From Octopus sinensis (lineage: Eukaryota), in assembly GCF_006345805.1 (NCBI RefSeq), contig NC_043000.1, forward strand, positions 148,428,001 to 148,492,000: DNA of 64,000 nt. Reading direction: 5' to 3'. The position numbers and the translations under genes were made by a program. Positions 1-12,088 of this stretch are shown here, piece after piece (positions within the stretch are counted from its first letter, which is position 1; the number at the start of each line of letters is the position of its first letter). The notes beneath the pieces are model-generated. The model saw only the letters and a list, made by a program, of their open reading frames with translations. It was not told the DNA's origin and ran no database searches.

Positions 1-152
1 ATGAACAATATGGTGTGTCTATTTTAATGGCCTATTGATGTATACAGGGAGTCTCTTTGACCAAGGTGTCGAGAAGACACTCGGCAAGAAATGAAAACAA
101 AATCGAGGAAGAGGAAAGACTAATAATAATATTAGTAAGCCTTTCTGTTATA

Positions 153-535
153 GGCACAAGGCCTGAAATTTTGGGGGAAGGACGTAAGTCGATTACATCG
201 ACACCAGTGCGAAACTGGTACTTATTTTATCGACCCCGAAACCATGAAAAGCAAAGTCGACCTCTGCTGAGCGTAAAAACGTAGAAACGGGCGAAATGCC
301 GCTAAGCATTTTGCCCGACGTGCTAACGATTCTGCCAGTTCACCGCCTTACACAGCTTGATATATTGGTTTCAAAATGTGGCATAAGGCTAGCAATTTCA
401 GGAGAGGAGGCCAGATGATTATGGATGAAAGGCAAAGTCGACCGCGGCGGTATTTAAACTCAGAACATAAAACAGACGACATGCCGCTAACAATTTTGCC
501 CGGCGGGCTAAAGATTCTGCCAGCTTGCGCCTTAT
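153..535 (-). mobile_element. Two tRNA-headed SINE copies with a Deu/Nin-like core domain
   Basis: Reverse complement reads AAGGCGGTGAACTGGCAGAATCGTTAGCACG (A box), then a GTCGAC..TTTCAT..CGGGGTCGATAAAATAAGTACCAG core. The same family recurs more than 15 times in the window. The Deu/Nin label is from remembered similarity. Confidence 0.85.
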
Positions 536-1386
536 ACGACATAATGTATTAAAAAAAGCATATTTGTACGGGTAAGCATTTCACACACAAAGAAAATGGC
601 CATTTCACTCATATCACTGATTACTTTTTGCTCCGATCATCTTTTCCAAATTAGGGTTTCAGAATTATCCAGTGAGCCCCACATCCTCTACAACTTTGGA
701 TCACCTACATGACCTTCAGCAACCATCTTTCTTCAACTACATGGCATTAGTTCTTATCTACTCTTCAACTTACACAGTTTTTGACAACTTTTAAACTCGG
801 TATCAAATCAAGTGAGCTAAGGTTCTCCTTTCGAATTACTGAAAACACAATCGATCACGTGTTGTTGCGAGTCATCTCCGTATTCACCATCTGCCAGCAT
901 TGTTCCACGAAGATGACGACTAGTCGAATGCCAGCATTAGTAGCAATGTCTCTGGCTGTGAATCTTGCATTCCTTTTATTCACATACCGCGGAAACAGTC
1001 TGAAGATGGGTGTATGGCGTACATTCTCTAACTGATTCCCCGCCCGATTCTCAATCTTAAAGACAATGCGTGCATTTCCATTTGTCCTATTTCAAGAGAA
1101 TACATTGCTCCTACACATAAACTATGGCTCTCTCTATTTTCCTTTTTGAATACATATGGCAACTCTCTTTCTTATTCGCAACAAAGAGGTGTCGCTTTTT
1201 TCTTACACTTTCATGGATTCATTGTCATTTTCGACATGGCCTGCTAAATTATTTTCCTTCACTTAGAGCAGGCTAATATGAAGGAAGTTCATTTACCCCA
1301 CAACACCAGCATAAGATGAGGCCTCGTCTCTGGTACAAACATCACTGATTTTTTCTCTCATTTAATGTAGCGTTTCCAGTAGCATA

Positions 1387-1553
1387 TAGGCGCAGGAGTG
1401 GCTGTGTGGTAAGTAGCTTGCTAACCAACCACATGGTTCCGGGTTCAGTCCAACTGCGTGGCATCTTGGGCAAGTGTCTTCTACTATAGCCCCGGGCCGA
1501 CCAATGCCTTGTGAGTGGATTTGGTAGACGGAAACTGAAAGAAGCCTGTCGTA

Positions 1554-1593
<40 letters not shown>

Positions 1594-1829
1594 GTGTGTG
1601 TGTGTGGTGTGTGTGTGTGTGTTTGTGTTTGTCCCCCTAGAATTGCTTGACACCGATGCTGGTGTGCTTACGTCCCCGTCACTTAGCGGTTCGGCAAAAA
1701 GAGACCGATAGAATAAGTACTGGGCTACAAAAAGAATAAGTCCCAGGTCGAGTTGCTCGACTAAAGGCGGTGCTCCAGCATGGCCGCAGTCAAAATGACT
1801 GAAACAAGTAAAAGAGAGAAAAAGAGAGT
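1387..1829 (+). mobile_element. OK-type tRNA-derived SINE with internal (TA)/(TG) microsatellite
   Basis: Head TAGGCGCAGGAGTGGCTGTGTGGTAAG...GGTTCAGTCC (A/B boxes), CTTGGGCAAGTGTCTT CORE-like motif, tail GACTGAAACAAGTAAAAGAG. Near-identical copies occur elsewhere in the window. Confidence 0.9.
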
Positions 1830-1832
1830 ATT

Positions 1833-1866
<34 letters not shown>

Positions 1867-2389
1867 TTTTTAAAGTTGTGTTGCGAATGTCGTGCTTGCG
1901 AGTCTGTTTAATTGTCACGTTGTCTATTTTCTGTTTTTAACATCTGTTTCCAAATTTGTAAAAATTTCTTGGATGACATTTAACTATATTTTTCGCTGTT
2001 GCTAACATTGTTGTGACATATAACTCTTCCTACTACCACCGGCTTGGGCATTTTGATTTTAATCAAAATCATTGCTTGGCTGGTACTTATTTTATCAACC
2101 GACAAAGAATGAAAAACAAGCTCACATATCAGTTGACACGTTTCCGTCTTACTTTTTGCTTTATGTTCAAGTGATGAGGAATTAGAACACTAGGTTGTGT
2201 ATCCTTATCTCGCTGTAAATCTTACGTTGTACTCCAGCAAAATGCATGATTCTGCTCGCTTTAAATGTCATGCCTAATTAAGGAATTCTTAAAATATATA
2301 CTAAAATCCGGGGAAAAAAGTCGAAGCTTAAGATACTCTTAGTATTAGGGGGCCGAAAGAAATTGTTAGGAAGTCATTCAAACATTCTA

Positions 2390-3460
2390 CTGTATTTCCT
2401 AAGATAGGCGCATACTTTAAATTTTAAGGGAAGGTGTAATCGATTTAATCGGTTCCAGATCTTGATAGGTACTTTTTTTATCGACCCCAGAACATAAAAC
2501 ACTAAATTGACCCCGGCGGTATTTGAACTTAGAACATAAAGAGACCTTACTAAATAACGCAAGAAATAATGTTTTTTTTTTTTTTTACTGTATACAAAAT
2601 CCTCTGTTTTAGGTCAACGAGAAAATTAAAGATAAACGGTTCGTATCTTTTCCAAGGAAATTACCAGCACGTTGTGAATTAGATTCGACTGGAAATTGAG
2701 ATGGGGACCGACTGGGACACCGTTCGCTAAGTTACCCGGGAACCAGATTAAGTACCGACACATGGTGGGCGCAGCGACGCGCTGCAATGATGCATGTTCC
2801 TATATCTGACCTGAGCTAACAATTGAAATTTGCATGCTGCATTTGACCATAAGGTCTATAATAATTGATTTCAAATTTTGGCACAAGACCAGCAATTTTG
2901 CATCGATCTCAGTATTTTTATGGTACTAATTTTATCAACCCTGAAAGGATAGAAGGCAAAGTCGGCCTCGGCGGAATTTGAACGCAGAACGTAAAGACAG
3001 ACGAAATGCCGCTAAGCCTTTTGCCCGACGTGCTAACGATTCTGTCAGCTCGCCGCCTTAAGGTCTATAATAATTGTTTCTAATTTAGGCACTGGTCTAG
3101 CAGTTTTGAAGAAGTGATGGTCGGTCGGTTCTATCGACCACAGTACTTTTGGATAATTAATTTTATCGACCCAAGAGTGATGAAAGGTAAAGTTGACTTC
3201 GGCGGGATTTGAATCCAGAACGAAGGAGTATTGGAAGGCATTTTCTCGAACAATCCTGCCAATCCGTTGTGTTTCATAAGCTCTTTGATAGTTTTTGATT
3301 TAGGCCCAAGGCTAGCAACTTTGAAGAGAAGTGAGTAGTCGATACCATCGACCCCAGTACTTGACCGATACTTTATTTTATGGACTCCGGAGGGATAAAA
3401 GACAAGGTTGACCTCGGGAAGATTTGAACTCAAAACGTAAAGAATCAAAACGATAAGATC
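2390..3460 (-). mobile_element. Cluster of about 4 diverged Deu/Nin-type SINE copies
   Basis: Repeated TTTTATCGACCCC...AAAGGCAAAGTCG(A)CCTCGGCGGAATTTGAAC blocks at about 2480, 2930, 3165 and 3390. Confidence 0.8.
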
Positions 3461-3568
3461 TATAAGAATATAACACCCTCTTATACTTTGAATAGCAGTA
3501 TTAATGATCTGAGAGAATATCGTGGTAATTATTTTAAAGCCGTCTATGTCGTTTGATTGGTATTTATT

Positions 3569-3964
3569 GCTGGCAGAAACGTTAGCGCGCCGGACGAAAT
3601 GCTTAGCGGTATTTCGTCTGTCGTTACGTTCTGAGTTCAAATTCCGCCGAGGACGACTTTGCCTTTCATCCTCTCGGGGTCGATAAATTAAGTACCAGTT
3701 ACGCACTGGGGTCAATGTAATCGACTTAATACTTATGTCTGTCCTTGTTTGTCCCCTCTATGTTTAGCCCCTTGTGGGTAATAAAGAAATAGGTATTTCG
3801 TCTGTCGTTACGTTCTGAGTTCAAATTCCGCCGAGGACGACTTTGCCTTTCATCCTCTCGGGGTCGATAAATTAAGTACCAGTTTCGCACTGGGTCGATG
3901 TAATCGACTTAATCCCTTTGTTTGTCCCATCTATGTTTAGCCCCTTGTAGGTAGTAAAGAAATA
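3569..3964 (+). mobile_element. Deu/Nin-type SINE, head-to-tail dimer
   Basis: A full head at 3569, then a second unit starting AGGTATTTCG at 3791, directly after the AAAGAAAT tail. Confidence 0.9.
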
Positions 3965-4352
3965 TATTTTCTCGTAGGACGGAAAACAGAGAAGAGCTTA
4001 TTACGGAAAGAACACTGCAAAAAAAAAAAAAAAATTGATCGCTATGCCAAAGTAGAAGCGACTGTTACAAAAAATTACTGCTACAGAATCTCCTGTATTA
4101 AAACTTACTAAATGATTCCGAAATATCACGAATGTAACAAAATTGCGCAAGGCAAAAAATATTTTTAAAAATCAAGAATTACATAGCAAATACATGATGA
4201 ATAGCTAGGATTGGTGACTGACGTTCTTTGTTGATAAAAAAAATTAGAAGATTGAAATGTTAATTTTTGAAACAGTTTAAAGTAAAGAGATATACCGGAA
4301 TATAATAAGATGATACTGAATCAAAATAAAATGTACTTTCGTTTATAATAAA

Positions 4353-4750
4353 ACTAGCAGTATCGCCCGGCGTTGCTCGGTTGTAAGGGAAATAACTATA
4401 TAAGCATTTTTAGAGATGTAAAGTATAATAGCCATCTCAATATGGCTAACCACAAAGGGGGGTGTTACTGTAGCTTTTTACGATCTGAAATTTAATAATA
4501 CATTTTTAGAGAGTTACTTCCCTTATATAATAGCAAAAAATGCATTAAAAAAGGGAAAAAAATGATGGCAAATTTTTTTTTTAATCGTAGACTCATCGTA
4601 GACGCGCGCTAATACCCAGAAGGGCTCGATATGAATCACGACTATAAGATACCCGGTTTTGGTTAAACTGCACCGCAAAATGTGGGAGTAGTTAGGAATC
4701 TAAATCGTAGGAGACAGACAGCACACAACCTCACTTTTATATATAAAGAT
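4353..4750 (-). mobile_element. Non-autonomous Helitron
   Basis: The minus strand starts A|TC (ATCTTTATATATAAAAG) and ends with the GC-rich CCGAGCAACGCCGGG hairpin-like motif followed by CTAG|T. This fits the AT target site rule. Confidence 0.8.
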
Positions 4751-5420
4751 ACTCGATTAACTGACTCTGTTTTGCGGAAAACTGCATGTAGTTTAGTTGA
4801 TGTATATATAATACGTATCTATGTTAGTGTTTCTCATTCACGTCTGCAATTGCCAGATGTTTTTCTCCCTCGAAAGGAACGCATTTTTATGGAAGAATTA
4901 TATTACAGTGCTTCATAAGGCAATGATGATAACTGCTAGCTTTTTCATGTGTCACAGACTGCTCATAAAACAAGTGATTTATCGCAGTCTCTATGTACTG
5001 TTACAAGAAGTTCATAAAACCTAATTTACATTATACTATATTCTATTAAGTGAGAGAGGAAGAGATGGTCAGGTCCGGATAAAATATTAGTGTATCATCG
5101 TTAATAAAACTAGAAGTTCTGATACTTGTTCATTTCCAGCAGCTGAATTTTTTGCATATTGCACGTAAAATTAAATGTGTTAGTTGACATCAATTTGAAC
5201 TCGTGGATCATGAACTGGCAATCCAATAGTTTATCAACTCTGCCATCTCTATTTGATAACTGTTTTACGTCTATATTGCCTTCTAGTTTATTTATTTAGC
5301 AGCAACTGATATCTATATTTCTGTTGTAATTCTTCTCGCTGTGTAGTTCTTCCTATAGATATGGGAAACAGTTTTACGTTTAAAAAAATTTTTTTTGACA
5401 AGATGTAAAAATATGCATAT

Positions 5421-5652
5421 ATTTATTTATTGCCCACAGAGGGCTAAACACAGAGGGGACAAACAAGAACAGACAAAGGGATGAAGTTGATTACATCGAC
5501 CCAAGTGCGTAATTGGTACTAACTTAATCGACCCCGAAAGGATGAAAGGCAAAGTCGACCTCGGCGGAATTTGAACTCAGAACGTAGCGGCAGACGAAAT
5601 ACCGCTAAATATTTCGCCCGGCGTGCTAACGTTTCTGCCACCTCTCCGCCCT
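5421..5652 (-). mobile_element. Deu/Nin-type SINE, full length
   Basis: Head, core and CCCCTCTGTGTTTAGCCC tail all match the 3569 copy in reverse complement. Confidence 0.9.
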
Positions 5653-6229
5653 AAAATATGCATATATTGAGAGTGACAATTGCTTAAATGAATGTATGGC
5701 AAGAATATCAACCATAGAGCTCGTGGGTATGATCCGGTCCACGGCAATGTTTAGTTCGGACCCCGGCTCTAATTTCTAATTTAAATGAGGATAGACAAAG
5801 AAACGGCTATTGTTGTTATTGATTAGTCCTAGGTCAGCCTCAATCCAGAGGTGCAATAAATCTTCAAAGGCATTCAAGTGACCACCCCGTCTTGATGAAT
5901 ATCACAGATGACATTATTTAATTGGTTCTTAAGTTGCTGCTCTTTTCTTTTCCTTTTCTTTTTTGTTTCTAGATATAATATGATATAAATTTGACTGTTG
6001 TTTCTTGCTCTGGACCGAGAAATAACTCTATTTTGACTGGTACAACATAGGAAGTATTTTTGATCCAATTAACTTAAGTAAATTACTGAACATATTTCAG
6101 TGTTCCAGGGAGTATTGAGACCAAGATAAACATCAGTGAAATTTGAACTTGGAATAATCAATTACTTAAGCATTATGATTTTTGCAGAACAAATTAAATG
6201 TCAAAGTTAAACATACATGTCTAGTCTCG

Positions 6230-6266
<37 letters not shown>

Positions 6267-7063
6267 CCGATACTAACTCTAAACCTCGAGGTTATTATTA
6301 TTAATCGCGGAATTAGACCAATATCTACGCATCAACATATCAATATTAAATGGTAGATGTTAATTATACAATACCCAGCAATTATGGGATATTAATTGAT
6401 TACATTGTTTCTGAATGTCAAAGCTCCGATAAACCCACTACATTAGTTGCCATAAAAGAGATGTTGATTTTCTGTTCCGTGAATACAACTATTGTTATAA
6501 AATTGATCCAGACATAACATCATAAATAGTGATGAGGAGATGACTAAGCAATCATTCTTTGGATGCGAGGCCTTTATATGAAAATTCAAAAAAGATAAAT
6601 CGCAGCTTTTATTGTCAATGTCCGTTCAAGCGAGACGAGTGAAAGTAAAAGTAGAAAAGCTTTAAAGGAACGGAGACAATAATGATTTCTTACTCCGACA
6701 CAGGCCACCTATTTGTAAAAGAAGAGTTCATTCAATGAAACTGAGAGCAAGATTGATTCTTATTTTATCGAAACCAAGGGGATGGAATGAAAAGTGGTCT
6801 CTGGTGGGATGTCAGTTGCAAATGTTGAGTGGTGAAACTAGATACTGCTAAGAATTTAAATAGCGAAGTAAGTGCTGACATACTTAATGTTAGTAAGCAC
6901 AGTTATATTAATTAATGGAGGCTATCATCGTACCAGTAGAGGCAAACTTTTCTGAAAAATATTTAACAAAACTAAACAAAGGCGAAGGCATCAATTCAAA
7001 ATAATTTTTGAATGAGTTTCGGTGAATTAAAACTGTAATATTAATGATCAAATTATTCTTATA

Positions 7064-7480
7064 TCTCTCTTTACTCTTTTTACTCTTTTTACTTGTTTCA
7101 GTCATTTGACTGCGGCCATGCTGGAGCACCGCCTTTAGTCGAGCAAATCGACCCCGGGACTTATTCTTTGTAAGTCCAGTACTTATTCTATCGGTCTCTT
7201 TTGCCGAACCGCTAAGTGACGGGGACGTAAACACACCAGCATCGGTTGTCAAGCGATGCTAGGGGGACAAACACAGACACACAAATATACACACGCACAT
7301 AAATATATACATATATACGACAGGCTTCTTTCAGTTTCCGTCTACCAAATCCACTCACAAGGCATTGGTCGGCCCGAGGCTATAGCAGAAGACACTTGCC
7401 CAAGATGCCACGCAGTGGGACTGAACCCGGAACCATGTGGTTGGTAAGCAAGCCACTTACCACACAGCCACTCCTGCGCC
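7064..7480 (-). mobile_element. OK-type SINE
   Basis: Reverse complement of the 1387-1829 family, full length. Confidence 0.9.
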
Positions 7481-8189
7481 TTCAATTAAATACCACAATG
7501 CAGCGAGGGAAATATATTTTAACCTTTAGCAGGCACGGTGATAACTCTAGACCTTTTGGAATCTTAATGACCTCTTCGGCAAAGCACAGTCATTCTTTGT
7601 CTATTAGATCATGGGAGATGGACGAATATATATAAGAACTAGTGCGATATCCGTCAAATATCGGATAAGGTTCGGAGCCACTCTAAGTATGTAATTTTAT
7701 ATAAGTAGAATAATTATAATTTACTTCATTCTCTTTATATAATGAAATGAAAAATACAAAATATTTTTTTATGAAACTAAAATCAAATATAACAAATTTC
7801 TTTTTAGTATAATAGCAATAAATATGTTATCAATAACAAAAATACTGTTTAACTATCAATTCATCACCTATGACCAAAAAAATATTCCACAACATTATTT
7901 GGTGACATTCTAGTTTGTTTGTAATAACCAAGGGCGATAAATCCAATAAGTTCAGACTAATCATCCTCTGAAGAACAGGCGAACAGAGAGATGAAGACAC
8001 ACTGTCAATTATATTTTTAGATTTAGTCTGGCACGCAACTAGGTTATGCACCTAGCCTAATATTGACTAACGTTGACTTTTAACTTTTGTCCAAGCTCAC
8101 AAATTTCTGCTGAAAGAATGTAGTTAAATCGATCCATGTACATCATTGCACTATTTTATTATAAAATATTATGAAATAATTATACATCA

Positions 8190-9040
8190 CTCGAATCGAA
8201 AAAAACACGACCTCCAAAAAAGCATGATGACTATCATTAACAGTCAAAGAGCAGCTGAGGAGAATTGGACCATTGAGAAAATAAAACTCACCCCCAAAAT
8301 GTTCTTTACATTTGCAAAAAAAACCCCATAAAGACGCTTGGTTTCCAATGTTGGTACTCTGGTTGACATGAACAGCACTCTACACGATGATGCAAAATCC
8401 ATGTGCGAGATACTGCAGAGACAATACTGCCCTGTCTTCAGTAGCCTCAATGCGGTTGATCTGGTTGATCAGTGATGTAAACCCTCAACTAACCATATCT
8501 GACATAACTTTTGGTGTTCCTGATATCCTAAGAGAAATAGATAAGATCAAGCACAACTCGGCAGTAGGTCCCGATAAGTTCCTGAAGATGTGTCAAATTG
8601 CACCTCCTCTAGTTGAGCTCTGGAGAAACTCACTTGATGCAGGCTACATTCCTGATCATTTTCTTCCCCATTCTGTCGTTCCAGTTTTCAATAAGGGAAA
8701 CAAATCTCTTGCAGTGAACTACCGTCCAATTTCTCTTGCTTCTCATATCATTACAGTATTTGAGAGAGTGGTGAAATCGCAAATAACTCACTTCCGGCTG
8801 AATCCCATCCATCATAGTTTCCGTGATGGCAGGGACTTCCTGCCGCAGCTTCTGCGTCATCTTGATGACATCTTAAAAGCGTTAGGAGAGGTCACCAACA
8901 CTGACATCATATACCTTGATTTCAGCAAGGCATTTGACAGAGTGGATCACAAAATCCTACTAAAGAAACTGTCCAACAATGGAGTCCGTGGAAAGCTGCT
9001 GCGGTGGATAAAGTGTTTCCTCACATACAGAACTCAACGT
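8190..9040 (+). mobile_element. CR1/Jockey-group LINE fragment (linker plus N-terminal RT), degenerate
   Basis: ORF 8387-9091 has the motifs SAVGPD, VVPVFNKGNK, NYRPISLASH, IYLDFSKAFDRVDH and GVRGKLLRWIKCFL. It is truncated at 9040. Confidence 0.92.
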
Positions 9041-9190
9041 TATTTATATTATTTACATTTGACGGATATTTGTCCTCATCTTTGTTGTTAACACAACGTT
9101 TCGGCTAATATACCCTCTTGGGGAAATTTCGAACCTGGGCTCTCATTCCTAAGGTATTTTTCGTTGTTGTTGTTGTTCAGGTCACTGCCT
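9041..9190 (-). mobile_element. Short repeat with a Penelope-like end; 3' half of a hammerhead motif
   Basis: Homologous to both arms at 42431-42853. The minus strand reads TAGCC GAAAC GT T GTGTT, and the 5' half of the motif is absent. Confidence 0.6.
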
Positions 9191-9520
9191 AGACATATGT
9201 TCGATGTCCTGCCATACATTGTGAAGAGCACGTTCTTCTTGAGTGGCCCGTCTCCAGGCGTCGTGTCTTTAAATTCATGCAATATAAATAGCGGTCTTTC
9301 TAGAAGTTGCAGACTGAGTTTCAAGTTTGGGCGTAAGCTTTGCCTTTTCACCCTCAATTTTCCAAAATCGAGCGGCGTGTTTAACTTTACCCTCTTACCT
9401 TCTAGTGTATAATTCATTTGTAGAGAGCTCTCCAAGGAAGGATACCTCGCTTTTGTTACCGTTGCTGTTAATGGCTTTTGAACTGCCTATGTTATTGCTT
9501 TCGCCGTTACTGTTGTTGCA

Positions 9521-9904
9521 GGAGGCGCAATGGCCCAGTGGTTAGGGCAGCGGACTCGCGATCATAGGATCGCGGTTTCGATTCCCAGACCGGGCGTTGT
9601 GAGTGTTTATTGAGCGAAAACACCTAAAAGCTCCACGAGGCTCTGGCAGGGGATGGTGGTGATCCCTGCTGTACTCTTTCACCACAACTTTCTCTCACTC
9701 TTCTTCCTGTTTCTTTTGTACCTGTATTTCAAAGGGCCAGCCTTGTCACTCTCTGTGTCACGCTGAATATCCCCGAGAAACTACGTTAAGGGTACACGTG
9801 TCTGTGGAGTGCTCAGCCACTTGCACGTTAATTTCACGAGCAGGCTGTTCCGTTGATTCGGATCAACCGGAACGCTAGTCGTCGTAACCGACGGAGTGCT
9901 TCCA
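9521..9904 (+). mobile_element. OR1-type tRNA-derived SINE
   Basis: Head GGAGGCGCAATGGCCCAGTGGTTAGGGCAGCGGACTCGCG...GGTTTCGATTCC; tail GTCGTAACCGACGGAGTGCTTCCA. Confidence 0.88.
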
Positions 9905-10643
9905 TCCACTGTTGTTGCTGCTGCTACTGCTGCTGTGGCTTTCGTCGGTGTTACTGCCATTATTATTAATTCTTGGAGTAGTTCTTCTGCTACAGTTTGT
10001 TTATATCTAAGAGCAAACAGAATGGTCAGGTCTGGACAATGAAATACTGATGCAAATCATTGGTAGTCATGAAATAGCTAACTTTATAAAAGTTGGCAAA
10101 TTTACTTCGATTTTCGTCTGCGAATGAAGCGAAATCCTAGAAGAAAAAATATTTTACTCAACACTAATGAGAAACCAGTAGCTAGATGGATTTCCGAATT
10201 ATTGACCTTGGATAGATTTGAAGTAATGTGCTTGGAAATCCGATTAGGAACTTTTTTTTTTTATTCCAAATATTTAAAGATGCGAGATTATGTCAAAATT
10301 ACAACGTGATATCACGAAATGACTTTCAGAATAGGATTTGTAAAGATATTCAGTCTTTCTTTTGCTTCACCGTCGACTGGTAGAAAACTTGATACGATGA
10401 AGCAGTTTGGCAGATGTGGAAAAAATAAAAAAGGTAACTCGCTCCAAATATCGACGCTTCGTTCTCGGTTACCAATGATGATGTGTGTCTACCATCATAC
10501 TGAATTCTAATCGGCAGTTTATAAATATGCACCTCTGACAAATATGCACCTCTTGTTAGTGTAATTGTGGCTTCCGCTCAAAACGCTAAACTTCTCCTAT
10601 TTTTAATTCCACGTTTTTAATTCCGCGTTACTTTTACAGTTAT

Positions 10644-11016
10644 ACTCTTTTACTTGTTTCAGTCATTTGACTGCGGCCATGCTGGAGCACCGCCTTTAAT
10701 CGAGCAACTCGACCCCGGGACTTATTCTTTTGTAAGCCCAGTACTTATTCTATCGGTCTCTTTTGCCGAACCGCTAAGTAACGGAGACATAAAGCACACC
10801 AGCATCGGTTGTCAAGCAATGCTAGGGGGACAAACACAGACACACAAACATAACACACACACACATATATATATGTACATATATACGACGGGCTTCTTTC
10901 AGTTTCTGTCTACCAAATCCACTCACAAGGCTTTGGTCGGCCAAGGCTATAGTAGAAGACCCGGAACCATGTGGTTGGTAGACAAGCTACTTACCACACA
11001 GCCACTCCTGCGCCTA
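10644..11016 (-). mobile_element. OK-type SINE with an internal deletion
   Basis: Family match; lacks about 40 nt between AGAAGAC and CCGGAACC. Confidence 0.9.
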
Positions 11017-11977
11017 TAGTTATATATTCTTATTTGAATATGGCTGAAATATATTGCATTTATATATATTTACAATCATAGTTCCTCAAACAAAATGGTA
11101 GACTAAATACAGAAAAAAAGAAAGAAAGAAAACGCTAGAAACAAACACTTGCAAAGCTGAACACAAATATTTGAGGTGTTAAAATCAGACGATCAAATAG
11201 GTTGCTTTTTACCAGAGCGTTGCAGAATTGATAAAGAAATATAACAGATAATAAAAATATAAAGAATATAAATGATAAACGAAAATGAAAAACAAAGTCG
11301 GGCATTGCTCTTTGCGGGTCTATCTCTTTTTTTATTATTCAAATTGCTATATATAGTTTCTGATATCGCTTTACCGTTGGAAGGATCTCTACGTTATATA
11401 TATTACGTTGCAATTTGAAAGAGGATACAGGCAGTTTAGTCAAACCACTATAGTTATTTCATCGATATATCATTCATGAAAGCAATAGTCAACCCTGGTG
11501 GAATTTTCAAGGTATTTCGTCTGAAGCTACACTGATTCCACCATGATAATTTTGCATCATAATATTATCAAATTAGATGTGATTGATAACTCAAGCATAA
11601 TCTATTTAGGATGTTTCGGTTTATAATTTTCCGTTTCATAAATGTTTTATCAATGAACAGCAGACATTTTTTTAGATTCAAATGTTTCATCTAAATGAAT
11701 TGGTAATGTTAGAAGACATGATTCATAACCCAAGCATAGTTTATTGATGATGTTCAATACTTTTCACTTTCATAAATGTGTTTCCCAGTGAAAGAGACTT
11801 TCATCTAGATAAATTGATAATGTTAGTTTAGGGTGTTAATGATTGGAAGGATTCAGAAGGCTGTGCTTCTCATTTCAACATAATATTTATTCTCGTTACT
11901 TCACTCTATCAGAAAGCTGTTAAATTCAGTCAGAGATAAATCTAGTCCTGGTGACTTGAAGGTGAACATATATGTAT

Positions 11978-11978
<1 letters not shown>

Positions 11979-12073
<95 letters not shown>

Positions 12074-12088
12074 TACACACACACACAC
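11979..12088. repeat. Compound (CA)n(CT)n(CA)n microsatellite
   Basis: Read directly. Confidence 0.97.

Noticed and set aside
1387-1460. tRNA-like sequences at SINE heads
   Set aside because: They have A/B boxes but no complete cloverleaf, and they always continue into SINE bodies. No true tRNA gene is supported.
9191-9445. ORF 9088-9435 as a host gene
   Set aside because: It runs into a repeat, and its shifted frames weakly resemble an RTE C-terminus. This is too degenerate to call either way.
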